From Anaerohalosphaeraceae bacterium (lineage in GTDB: Bacteria > Planctomycetota > Phycisphaerae > Sedimentisphaerales > Anaerohalosphaeraceae), in the NCBI GenBank assembly GCA_963675525.2, contig CAXXSL010000016.1, positions 96,001 to 160,000 of the forward strand: a stretch of 64,000 bases of DNA, read 5' to 3'. The position numbers were made by a program, and so were the translations under genes. How positions within the stretch are numbered: the stretch's first letter is position 1; the number at the start of each line of letters is the position of its first letter. Under the pieces are notes generated by a model, which had not been told where the DNA came from, did no database searches, and saw only the letters and a program-made list of their open reading frames with translations. Positions 40,121 to 49,106 of this stretch are shown in pieces.

Positions 40121-40846
40121 ATGATTTCGATAGAAATACTGAATGCCTTTGGGGATAACTACATTTATCTGGTCGAGTATGAGCCTCAAAGCTGTTTCGT
40201 GGTCGATCCCGGCGACGCGGAACCAGTGCGGTCGCTTATCCAACAGCGTAACCTGAAACTGACGCATATTCTGGCAACGCATCATCATTTTGACCACATC
40301 GGCGGGATGGGGGAACTGAAAAAGGCGTACGGCTGTGAAATCATCGGGCCGGACCATCAAAGGATTGCCGGAATCGATACACTTGTGCAGAATGGTGATG
40401 TACTCACGGTTGGGGATATGTCGATTCGCTGTCTGGCTACGCCGGGACATACATCGACGGAAGTTTGTTATTATGTAACCGGCAAAGAACTTGATGCGGC
40501 GGTGCTTTTTACGGGTGATACGCTGTTTGTCTGCGGTTGCGGCAGGCTGTTCGAATGCGACGGCGAGACAATGTATGCGTCGCTGCAGAAACTCGCCGCA
40601 CTGCCGGACGAAACACGTATTTATCCCGGCCACAATTATACGGAGGAAAACCTGCGGTTTGCCCTGACTCTTTCGCCGGAAAATGAATTGTTAAAGAAAA
40701 AACTCAGCGAAGTACGATTGAACACCCAGCAAGGCCGCCCAACAGTGCCCTCGACGATCGCGGAGGAAAAACAACACAATCCCTTCCTGAAAGCCCCAAC
40801 ATGGCAGCAATTCGCTCAACGGCGAAAAAGAAAAGACATCTTTTGA
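40121..40846 (+). CDS. gloB: Hydroxyacylglutathione hydrolase (glyoxalase II)
   Basis: DNYIYL, THHHFDHIGG, TPGHT, FTGDTLFVCGCGRLFE, NPFL. Confidence 0.93.
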   Translation: MISIEILNAFGDNYIYLVEYEPQSCFVVDPGDAEPVRSLIQQRNLKLTHILATHHHFDHIGGMGELKKAYGCEIIGPDHQRIAGIDTLVQNGDVLTVGDMSIRCLATPGHTSTEVCYYVTGKELDAAVLFTGDTLFVCGCGRLFECDGETMYASLQKLAALPDETRIYPGHNYTEENLRFALTLSPENELLKKKLSEVRLNTQQGRPTVPSTIAEEKQHNPFLKAPTWQQFAQRRKRKDIF

Positions 40847-41074
40847 GGAATCCCGCCAAATAACTGTGCGCCGGCGAAATCCTCGGGATCAGGTAAAAAA
40901 ATAAATAAAACCCGTATTTTTCATCAATTTTCTGATTTTTATCCCTTTTTTTGTCAATTCTACCCCGCCCAAATGCGTCTTTATAATATGCAGGAACAGG
41001 ATACGGGAACAGGGTCTATGTCGAGAATCGCCAAAAAACTTTGATGATGAAACATTAAGTCGAAAGGGATTACG

Positions 41075-41488
41075 GTGAAAATTAAGTGGGGCACAAGCTT
41101 ATCTGTCGGAATTCCGGAGATCGACGAAGGCAATAAGCAACTCATCCAAACATTCGATCTCATCGAGAAACATCGAAATGATGATGTGAAAGCCGAACCG
41201 GTATCCCTGGTTGTTGAACAAATGCGGAAACACGCATCGGCTCATTTTTCTCATGAAGAAAAATATATGCTGGCAGTTAATTACCCCCATTATTATGCCC
41301 ATAAAGACGAGCACAAACAATTCAGAGAAAAAACCGCCGCATTGTGCATCAATGTGATGAACCATAAAAAGACCGCCCCAATGGATATTTATAATTATCT
41401 CTCCGGCTGGGTCATCGACCATATCCTCCATACCGACAAAGAAATCGGGCAGTTTGTGCAAAACAGACAGACATTCGCCAAGGTATGA
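41075..41488 (+). CDS. Bacteriohemerythrin-like protein
   Basis: W..SLSVGIPEID, HFSHEE, HKDEH, WVIDHILHTD. Confidence 0.88.
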   Translation: MKIKWGTSLSVGIPEIDEGNKQLIQTFDLIEKHRNDDVKAEPVSLVVEQMRKHASAHFSHEEKYMLAVNYPHYYAHKDEHKQFREKTAALCINVMNHKKTAPMDIYNYLSGWVIDHILHTDKEIGQFVQNRQTFAKV

Positions 41489-41793
41489 CGTGAGTACAAA
41501 AAAAGCACATTAAACAACAAGATGCCCTTTTCTCACATGTGTACCTATGCTCTCAAAAAACTGGGGTACAGGAATTCGAATTGTTGATAGAGTATGGATA
41601 CACGATCCTGACAATGGTAAGTTTGCTCAGAATTCTTTGGGGAGCCTCTATTCGATTGCGCCTGTGAAATATAAACTTCCATCTTGAACCGAGCATCTTG
41701 TGACAGAGAAATAGGACCGCATGATGAAGTTTGTGGTCTTATTTTCATCCCCCTTTACAAACAACCATTAAGGAAAGAAAATAAAAAAAACAA

Positions 41794-41827
41794 AAAATGG
41801 GAGAGCATAACGCCGCTCTCCCATTTT
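41794..41827. terminator. Strong intrinsic terminator (A/T tails on both sides)
   Basis: AAAATGGGAGAGC-N8-GCTCTCCCATTTT. Confidence 0.8.
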
Positions 41828-42086
41828 ATTAATGGCTCTTCGCTTATAAGATTTAGCCTCTAACTGTTCCTGCCTCACTTGCCACCCGCCATGTGAAACA
41901 CTCACGGTTCAGCGATTCCAGTCTTGGCTAATATAACCCAGTGGGTCACTTATTAAGAGCCATAATGTCAAAATATTATGAACACCTCTCTCATTGTAAT
42001 ACCGTCAAACAGGCACTAGTAACTTTAACTATTTCTGTGATATTAATGCTGATAATCAAGTTTTATTAGGTGTCCTATTCCTTGAT

Positions 42087-42350
42087 TCATTGTGAGCCAT
42101 TTTTATGGGCCAAAGGCTTTATTCCTGTAGCAAGTTTCAGTCGAGCGATTGTCAAGTCTGCCAATTTGTCAGGACAGACTTCGCTTCTCATGTTCTCCAA
42201 TTGAGCCAATGCTTGTTTAATGCAGGAGTATACCTCTGCTGCTCTTGGATTAGAAGCAATTAAGACAGAACCACGATCAATCTGCTCCTGTTCTGCACAG
42301 TGGAAGAAATAATCAACTACGAGTCCGTTTTCCTCTTTGGTTAGATTCAT
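42087..42350 (-). CDS. Small protein resembling an isolated anti-sigma-factor N-terminal domain
   Basis: AGGTG RBS; helical pattern LVVDY...LIASNPRAAE...L..L..EVCPDKLADLTIARL. Confidence 0.5.
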   Translation of the reverse strand: MNLTKEENGLVVDYFFHCAEQEQIDRGSVLIASNPRAAEVYSCIKQALAQLENMRSEVCPDKLADLTIARLKLATGIKPLAHKNGSQ

Positions 42351-42475
42351 TTCACCTACCAGTCAAAGATAATTATGAACTCCACCTCAGAACTCCTAAT
42401 TATAATATACTAAAAATAGAGACTATTGTTTGAGGGGAAAAACACCTAATTTGTAGACAGAAAATGAGTTCAGCC

Positions 42476-42503
42476 TTGACAACATCGTGAGTGATGTTAT
42501 TAT
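42476..42503 (+). promoter_or_regulatory. Promoter TTGACA-16-TATTAT (extended TGn) with operator AACATC-N6-GATGTT
   Basis: Seen directly; upstream of the 28-aa ORF. Confidence 0.6.
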
Positions 42504-42559
42504 GAAGACGTCGAATCAGGATTTTAAGTAGGCATGGAGGCCATGAAGGGAGAGCTTAA

Positions 42560-42646
42560 ATGCCTGAACATATCATTGTAATTAATCTCGCTCTGATGTT
42601 GGTTATTATGCTTCTTGGAGCAAGTTACATCTCAAGGCATTTTTAA
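42560..42646 (+). CDS. 28-aa hydrophobic peptide MPEHIIVINLALMLVIMLLGASYISRHF
   Basis: GGGAG RBS, own promoter, single TM helix; below the ORF-track cutoff. Confidence 0.5.
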   Translation: MPEHIIVINLALMLVIMLLGASYISRHF

Positions 42647-42975
42647 CTCGGAAGCAGTAGCCAAAATCTTTATAAGGAAGACGATACAGGTCGCCTCTTA
42701 GGCGTTCTTTAGGTACACTTTAGACTCTGCCAAATAGAGTGATAGTTAAGTTTTCTCCCCTCCGGTAAAGGGGTCACGAACTGGGGAGATACACCTTTGG
42801 CGGCCCCTTTCTTTTTTTGGGAATTTTCTTGCATTTGAGTCTGGCGTTCGCCATAATATTATTAGCTTAAATACTGTCGCCTGTGGAGCTCAGATGGTAG
42901 GGGAGAAATAAATACTGCCCTTTGCAGGCGACATCTTTTTAGGAATGCATCCCTCTCCAAATCATCCTCCATTTC

Positions 42976-43345
42976 CTAGAAGCCATTTCAAAACTGCCTT
43001 AATGTAATTAGGATACATGCGACATGAAAGAACGCTTGATAAACAGTTATCTCCCGTTCCCAGCAGATGACCAATCGGCGGAAGTTTTGCAACCATGCAA
43101 ATATCCGCTCAACCGTCCATCGTCACCTGTAATGCCGTAATTTGCGACCATCCTGATATTTTTTTTCTTGTTATTCTTCCGGTATGGGTAGATCAAATTG
43201 ATGCCCCGCTTAGCCAATCGTACACGCAGCGGATCACAGTCGTATCCCTTACCAATCTGGCAGATCGTTCCATCGGACACCGCTTCGCAACACCCAGACA
43301 ATACCCTCGGAAACCTCTCGATTGCTTCGGGGCTTTCGGCAGGGG
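42976..43345 (-). pseudogene. Internally deleted, frameshifted IS5-family (IS427-like) transposase with one terminal IR
   Basis: GIVWVLRSGVRWNDLP joined to GKGYDCDPLR..LAKRGINLI and, after a frameshift, RRRWTVERIFAWLQNFRRL; end CTAGAAGCCATTTCAAAA. Confidence 0.85.
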
Positions 43346-43446
43346 CGAATCATGAACGAATCATAGCCGTTTATATTAAATCCACAGCTTGATGATGTGC
43401 CAAAAAAATAACCACTTGTAACGACTTTCATCACAAGTGGTTTCAA

Positions 43447-43517
43447 CTGGGGTACAGGGATTCGAACCCCAACTAACTGATCCAGAGTCAGTCGTGCTAC
43501 CGTTACACTATACCCCA
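43447..43517 (-). tRNA. tRNA-Gln (anticodon CTG)
   Basis: TGGGGTA acceptor stem, CTGA-CT-CTG-GA-TCAG anticodon arm, GGTTCGAATCC T-arm; CCA not encoded. Confidence 0.96.
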
Positions 43518-43654
43518 GTAATTAAGGGGCAGAATATATCAGCTTAGAGCATATCCGTCAAGACGGAATTTATGCAAAATTGACGATTGACGGGCGACAA
43601 TATTTGCATAAACTGCTGGAAAACGAAAACTTACACGCTTGTTACACCAATAAA

Positions 43655-44629
43655 ATGCTTAAAATTGGATCGATACAACTTGATATGCCGTTTATTCAGG
43701 CTCCGCTGGCCGGTTATACCGACCACCCCATGCGGATCCTGGCCAAGCGGTTCGGCTGCCCGCTGACCTTCACGGGGGTCATGCTGGACAGGATCGCCCT
43801 GCACGATAAAGCCCTGAAAAAGTTGAAATTTCAGCCCATGGATAACGAACATCCCGTCGGCGCCCAGGTACTCGGTGACGATCCGGAGGTCATGGCTCAG
43901 GCCGCCAAAAAATTCATCGAAGTCGGCTACGACCTGATCGACCTCAACTTCGCCTGCCCCGCCCCGAAGGTACTGCGCCGCAGACGGGGGGGGAGCCTCA
44001 TGCGAAAACCACAATTCATTCGCGAAACATTCCTGCGAACTCGCGAGTTGGTCGATACGCCGGTGTTTATGAAAATCCGCATCGGCTACGACAAAAGTGA
44101 GGCGTCAGAAGAAGATTTCTGGACGATTTGTGAAAACGCCACGAGCGATGGTGTTGACATGGTAGCCATTCACGGACGAACCGTCTGCCAGAAATACCGC
44201 GGCAAATCCGACTGGACCCGCATCGCAGAAGCCAAAAAACGATTTCCCAATCTGACCATCTTCGGCTCCGGCGATGTACTCAGCCCCGAAATCGCTGTCC
44301 ATCGCCTTCGTGATACCGGCATAGACGGCGTCATCGTCGCCCGCGGTGCTATCGGCAACCCATGGATCTTTCAGGAAATCCGGGCACTATGGAGCGGCAG
44401 CGAAACACCCCAACCACCGACGTTAACGGAGCAGGGCCGGCTCATGCTGGAACATTTTGAGATGATTCGCGCATTCCGAACGGAAAAAAAAGCCGTCCCT
44501 TACTTTAGAAAATTCGCCGCCGGCTACTGTAAACGACACCCCGAACGCAAAAAAACCTTACTCGCCCTCATGGCCTGCAAAACCGAACAAGCAGTCATCG
44601 AAACGATCAAACACGGTTACGGACTGTAA
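43655..44629 (+). CDS. dusB: tRNA-dihydrouridine synthase (DusB-like)
   Basis: APLAGYTD, IDLNFACP, KIRIG, IHGRT, ARGAIGNPWIF. Confidence 0.9.
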   Translation: MLKIGSIQLDMPFIQAPLAGYTDHPMRILAKRFGCPLTFTGVMLDRIALHDKALKKLKFQPMDNEHPVGAQVLGDDPEVMAQAAKKFIEVGYDLIDLNFACPAPKVLRRRRGGSLMRKPQFIRETFLRTRELVDTPVFMKIRIGYDKSEASEEDFWTICENATSDGVDMVAIHGRTVCQKYRGKSDWTRIAEAKKRFPNLTIFGSGDVLSPEIAVHRLRDTGIDGVIVARGAIGNPWIFQEIRALWSGSETPQPPTLTEQGRLMLEHFEMIRAFRTEKKAVPYFRKFAAGYCKRHPERKKTLLALMACKTEQAVIETIKHGYGL

Positions 44630-44632
44630 CAA

Positions 44633-46651
44633 TCAGCCCAGTATCTGACTAACGATCTCATCGAAATTCGTTTTTTTCTTCTCCAGCGACTCACGAAGCA
44701 TCTTCATGGTCATGTTGGTCGCCAGCGTCCCGCAAACACTTTCAAAATCGCCCGCCTGGGCTTGTGGCCCCCCGTCGATGCCGTAGCCGATCTGTACACC
44801 CGCAGAAAACTCCGTGGCGGCGTCTTCGGTCTGCTGCAAAAGCAGTTTTTGCTCTGCCGCCAGTCCTTTGTCAAAAATCGCCTTAAAGTCTCCTTTGGAC
44901 CATTTCACCAATTCCTTGCCCTGTTGTTTTTCGAGCTTCTCTAAAACCCACGCCCATTCGTATTCAGCATAATTCGTATGCAGGGCCTCAAGACGAACCC
45001 CAACGTCATCAAGGCTACTCAATCGGCCGTCTCGCACATCCTCCAGCAATTCCCGCAGCGCATCCGCCGGCGCCAGAAGTCCGGCAATGTCCACCCAGCG
45101 GGAAAGCCCCAAATCCACCTTGCGCTCCAGATACTGCTTTAAGGACGAGAAGCGGTCCGTCAGGGTTTCGGTAGAAAAATGCTGCTGCTCACAATGATAG
45201 ACCGCCTGAATTCGACGGGCCAGCACATCGGCATAATACTTTTCGATCGCCAAGCGGTACAGTTCCACCGCACGCAGCGGTGCGGCAATATGGACGCCGC
45301 AATGCAGAACATGCTCGGCATCCGGACTTTTCTCGTGCAGGCGATTCAGGATATCCATCCCGGCAAGCATTTTTCCGACCGTATAAGGACTCAACACCTT
45401 CGGGTTGACATAATCGAGAAGCCGTGCGGCCTTACGCAAATCACGGGCAGGCCACTTCTTTTCATCACGCACCAGACCAATGTTGATCAGGTTCAGCCCG
45501 ACGAATAGTTCCGACTTGCCGTGCCGTTCGAGCAGATAAGAAAACGGCAGATCCGACAAATCCATCTTTTTACTGTGTTTGCCGATGACCGTCGAATAGG
45601 CCCCGATCCGTGCGGGCCATAACAGGTACGATTCCGATCCGGTCTTGCAGCCGCGTTCGAGGATGCCCTGATGCACCGGCCCGAGTTTGTACATGTGATT
45701 GGACTGGTTGGTGCCACTGCCGGCATTATAGAAACTGTACAGCCCCGCAATCAGAAGCGTCGCTTTATGATGGCTCACGGTAAACGGGCCGGCAAAGATC
45801 GAACACGCCTCGCCCTGCTCGCAATGGCTGTTGGCAAAGAACACCGAATCCACAGCCGAAAAGCCTTTCTCCAGCCGAACCCCCTGTCCCGCATAGCAGC
45901 GTGTCAGCATCGCGCCGTCGGCCACCTTCGACCCTTCGGCAAAAATAAAATCCCGAGCGATCACATTGTCCCCAACATATGCCGGGTCTTCGGCACAACT
46001 GGAAACGGTTCCGTTCTCGAGCCGACAGACACCGTCAAGAATTGCCCCCGGTCCGATCTTGACATTTTTCAAAACACCGCAGTGCTCAATGGCCGCACCG
46101 GAACCAATGGTTCCTTTGTCCGATTCGTTTTGGCGAACCCGTTCAAAGATCAGTTCCTGCAGTTTCTTCAAAACCTCCGGTTGATCCCGATACATCGCCA
46201 GCAAATACGCAACTTGCGCACTCAAACCTTCATAGATCGTAAACGCCCGGCCCCCGTTCTCATTGACAGCCGAAGCCCCCACCCCGTTACCGAATGTGGA
46301 TATGCCCTGCGTTGTGATCGACTTGACATCGTTAATGACCACATGATCCTCGATCACCATATTGGCGATCATATCGGAAACATTGCGGATCAGTGAATTA
46401 TATCCGATCTGACAGTTGTGAACCGTCGCGTGATAGAGTCCGCAGGGCATGCCGATCCCTCCGCCAAGCTGAGCAATCCCACTAAGCAGTCCTAACGAGA
46501 CCTGGCCGGAGAAATGCGTTTTCACGATCCTGTCCGGACTGAACGGGTCAGTCACCAGGATCTGCCCCCAGTCCGCCGCACTGCAGCCGTTTTGAACAAG
46601 ACGATCAATTTCCTGCTGTGTTAAAGGACGGCGACCTTTGTTTTCGCTCAT
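44633..46651 (-). CDS. DUF4954-like protein (left-handed beta-helix repeats)
   Basis: RPLTQQEIDRLVQNGC..DW; GEACSIFAGPFTVSHHKATLLIAG; NAGSGTNQSNHMYKLGP. Confidence 0.85.
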   Translation of the reverse strand: MSENKGRRPLTQQEIDRLVQNGCSAADWGQILVTDPFSPDRIVKTHFSGQVSLGLLSGIAQLGGGIGMPCGLYHATVHNCQIGYNSLIRNVSDMIANMVIEDHVVINDVKSITTQGISTFGNGVGASAVNENGGRAFTIYEGLSAQVAYLLAMYRDQPEVLKKLQELIFERVRQNESDKGTIGSGAAIEHCGVLKNVKIGPGAILDGVCRLENGTVSSCAEDPAYVGDNVIARDFIFAEGSKVADGAMLTRCYAGQGVRLEKGFSAVDSVFFANSHCEQGEACSIFAGPFTVSHHKATLLIAGLYSFYNAGSGTNQSNHMYKLGPVHQGILERGCKTGSESYLLWPARIGAYSTVIGKHSKKMDLSDLPFSYLLERHGKSELFVGLNLINIGLVRDEKKWPARDLRKAARLLDYVNPKVLSPYTVGKMLAGMDILNRLHEKSPDAEHVLHCGVHIAAPLRAVELYRLAIEKYYADVLARRIQAVYHCEQQHFSTETLTDRFSSLKQYLERKVDLGLSRWVDIAGLLAPADALRELLEDVRDGRLSSLDDVGVRLEALHTNYAEYEWAWVLEKLEKQQGKELVKWSKGDFKAIFDKGLAAEQKLLLQQTEDAATEFSAGVQIGYGIDGGPQAQAGDFESVCGTLATNMTMKMLRESLEKKKTNFDEIVSQILG

Positions 46652-46791
46652 AATGACCCTTCCGTGACGAATTTGCGATACCATTGTCCGGCATTGTACC
46701 GTCTCAGCCCGGCTTTGACAACCGAAATTCTCGTTCTTGTCAGACACTAATCGCTTTGGTTCTTTCGTTTTTGCGTCTGCGAATTTATTCG

Positions 46792-46820
46792 TTGACAGGC
46801 CTTGCAAAACATCCTATAAA
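46792..46820 (+). promoter_or_regulatory. sigma70 promoter TTGACA-17-TATAAA
   Basis: Upstream of the second DUF4954-like gene. Confidence 0.65.
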
Positions 46821-46863
46821 TATAGTTGCTCGAAGCTTTTAAGTATTTTCAAGGAGAGTCTAT

Positions 46864-49062
46864 ATGGATAATGTTTCAATTCTACCGGAAGAAAGCATTG
46901 GGTATCATTTCATTGGCGACGAATACCTTCCCGAAGGACAGGATGAATACAGCCTGCGCAATGGCCAGTTGGACCGGCCTGCGGATACCTGGCGACACCT
47001 ACGTGCTCACGAGGTAGAACTTCTCGTGAAAAACGGCAATACCTCGGACAATTGGGATCATATTCTGATTACCGATCCTTTTGATCCCGGACAAATCCTG
47101 AATACCGAATTCTTCGGTTTCGTGCGTATCGGACGCGTTCAAAATGTTGTGCTGGAGCATCACGATCTTCAGTTGCCGGCGGGCATCACCAACAGCCGGA
47201 TCGTTGCCTGTGACATCGGCGATGATGCCGCCATTCACAACGTTCGGTATATGGCTCACTATATAATCGGCGATCGGTGTATCCTGGCGGATATCGACGA
47301 GATGCATACGACCAACCACGCCAAATTCGGCAACGGCATACTTAAAGACGGCGAGGATGAAAAAATCCGTGTCTGGCTTGATGTGATGAATGAAACCGGC
47401 AGCCGGAAAGTCATCCCCTTTGACGGGATGATTCCGGCAGATGCCTATCTCTGGGCGAAATATCGCGATGATACGGCGCTGCAAAAAAAATTAAAAGAAA
47501 TCACACAAAACGGCTTTGACCGTCGTCGCGGTTTCTACGGGATGGTTGGTGACCAAAGTGTGATTAAAAGCTGCCGGATTATCAAAGATGTTAAAATCGG
47601 CTCCCACTGCTACATTAAAGGCGCCAATAAACTGAAAAATCTGACCATCAACTCGGACGAAGAAGAGCCGACTCAGGTCGGCGAAGGCGTTGAACTCGTC
47701 AACGGAATCATCGGCTACGGCTGTCACATTTTTTACGGGTGCAAGGCGGTGAGGTTTATCCTGGCCGATCATTCAAACCTCAAATACGGCGCCCGACTGA
47801 TCAACTCGTTTCTGGGTGAAAACTCAACGATATCCTGTTGTGAAGTGCTCAATAATCTGATTTTTCCGGCGCATGAACAGCACCACAATAATTCATTTTT
47901 GATCGCCTCGGTCGTCATGGGGCAAAGTAACATGGCGGCGGGCGTAACAGTCGGCTCCAATCACAACAGCCGGGCAAACGATAATGAGATTCAGGCGGGC
48001 AGAGGATTTTGGCCGGGCTTGTGTACCAGCGTCAAGCATTCCTGTCGCTTTGCCTCGTTTGTGTTACTGGCGAAGGCGGATTATCCCGCGGAGCTTAATA
48101 TCCCCCTGCCGTTTTCACTTTTGAGCAATAATGTTTCTAACGATGAACTGGAAGTGCGGCCGGCATTCTGGTGGCTTTACAATATGTATGCGCTGGCGCG
48201 GAATACATGGAAATTTCAAAACCGCGACAAACGCAGGAAAAAGATTCAAAAGATTGAATTTGATTCTCTGGCCCCCGATACCGCCGAGGAGCTGCTGGAG
48301 GCACGGCGGTTGCTGGAGATATGGACCGGCAAGGCCGGCCTTCGAAAGAACGGTGAATCCTGCCAGGGCCGGTCCGAAGATGAATTGGCTGCTGTGGGTC
48401 GTGACCTTTTCTCGAATGAGGAAAACTTCAATGGGCTTGAGGTTCTCGGCGAAAAGATGGAAAAGTCAAGTCGCAAGGTTGTGATATTGAAACCTTACGA
48501 AGGCTATCGGGCCTATGGTGAGATGCTGTATTATTATGCGGTCAAAAATCTCATGACTTATATGCAATCAAACAGCGATTCCTTTTCGGGCATGTGCGAG
48601 GCACTGAAGGACTCCTGCAGTCGCCAATGGGCTAATCTGGGAGGCCAGCTTATGCCGTCCGTCGATGTTGAACAACTGCGAAAGGATATCGGCGAAGGAA
48701 AACTCAAAACATGGGATGCGATTCATGGCCGGTATGCAGAACTGTGGGATATCTATCCGCTCGAAAAACAAAAACACGCTTACCGAATGCTTTGTCTCCT
48801 GCTCGGAACGGATGAACTGACGGCATCGCAATGGCATACAGCGCTGGACAAAACGGTCGTGATCCAGGAATATATTCGTGACCAGGTTTATGCCAGCCGG
48901 AAAAAGGATTATGACAATCCCTTCCGTCAGGCCACGTATCGAAACCTGGAAGAAATGACCGCGGCGATCGGAACTATTGAGGATAACAGTTTTGTAAAGC
49001 TTGTGCGCGAGGAGACGGAAACGTTTAAGCGCACGGTTGAGGAAATTAAAAAGAGAGGCTGA
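46864..49062 (+). CDS. Second DUF4954-like protein (distinct subfamily)
   Basis: RHLRAHEVELLVKNGNTSDNW; HEQHHNNSFLIA; GSNHNSRAND; hexapeptide-like repeats. Confidence 0.85.
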   Translation: MDNVSILPEESIGYHFIGDEYLPEGQDEYSLRNGQLDRPADTWRHLRAHEVELLVKNGNTSDNWDHILITDPFDPGQILNTEFFGFVRIGRVQNVVLEHHDLQLPAGITNSRIVACDIGDDAAIHNVRYMAHYIIGDRCILADIDEMHTTNHAKFGNGILKDGEDEKIRVWLDVMNETGSRKVIPFDGMIPADAYLWAKYRDDTALQKKLKEITQNGFDRRRGFYGMVGDQSVIKSCRIIKDVKIGSHCYIKGANKLKNLTINSDEEEPTQVGEGVELVNGIIGYGCHIFYGCKAVRFILADHSNLKYGARLINSFLGENSTISCCEVLNNLIFPAHEQHHNNSFLIASVVMGQSNMAAGVTVGSNHNSRANDNEIQAGRGFWPGLCTSVKHSCRFASFVLLAKADYPAELNIPLPFSLLSNNVSNDELEVRPAFWWLYNMYALARNTWKFQNRDKRRKKIQKIEFDSLAPDTAEELLEARRLLEIWTGKAGLRKNGESCQGRSEDELAAVGRDLFSNEENFNGLEVLGEKMEKSSRKVVILKPYEGYRAYGEMLYYYAVKNLMTYMQSNSDSFSGMCEALKDSCSRQWANLGGQLMPSVDVEQLRKDIGEGKLKTWDAIHGRYAELWDIYPLEKQKHAYRMLCLLLGTDELTASQWHTALDKTVVIQEYIRDQVYASRKKDYDNPFRQATYRNLEEMTAAIGTIEDNSFVKLVREETETFKRTVEEIKKRG

Positions 49063-49106
49063 ATTTTGAACCCAATAACACCAACACATTAGAAAGGGGA
49101 AAACAA

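Larger units (their letters stand above)
41559..43466. mobile_element. Relic genomic island integrated at the tRNA-Gln 3' end
   Basis: 22-bp direct repeat AACTGGGGTACAGG(A/G)ATTCGAA at 41559-41580 and 43445-43466 (21/22); AT-rich; contains an IS remnant. Confidence 0.82.

Noticed and set aside
41545..41748. 67-aa ORF at the island's left end
   Set aside because: Poor RBS spacing, no recognisable motif, and it runs through the att repeat
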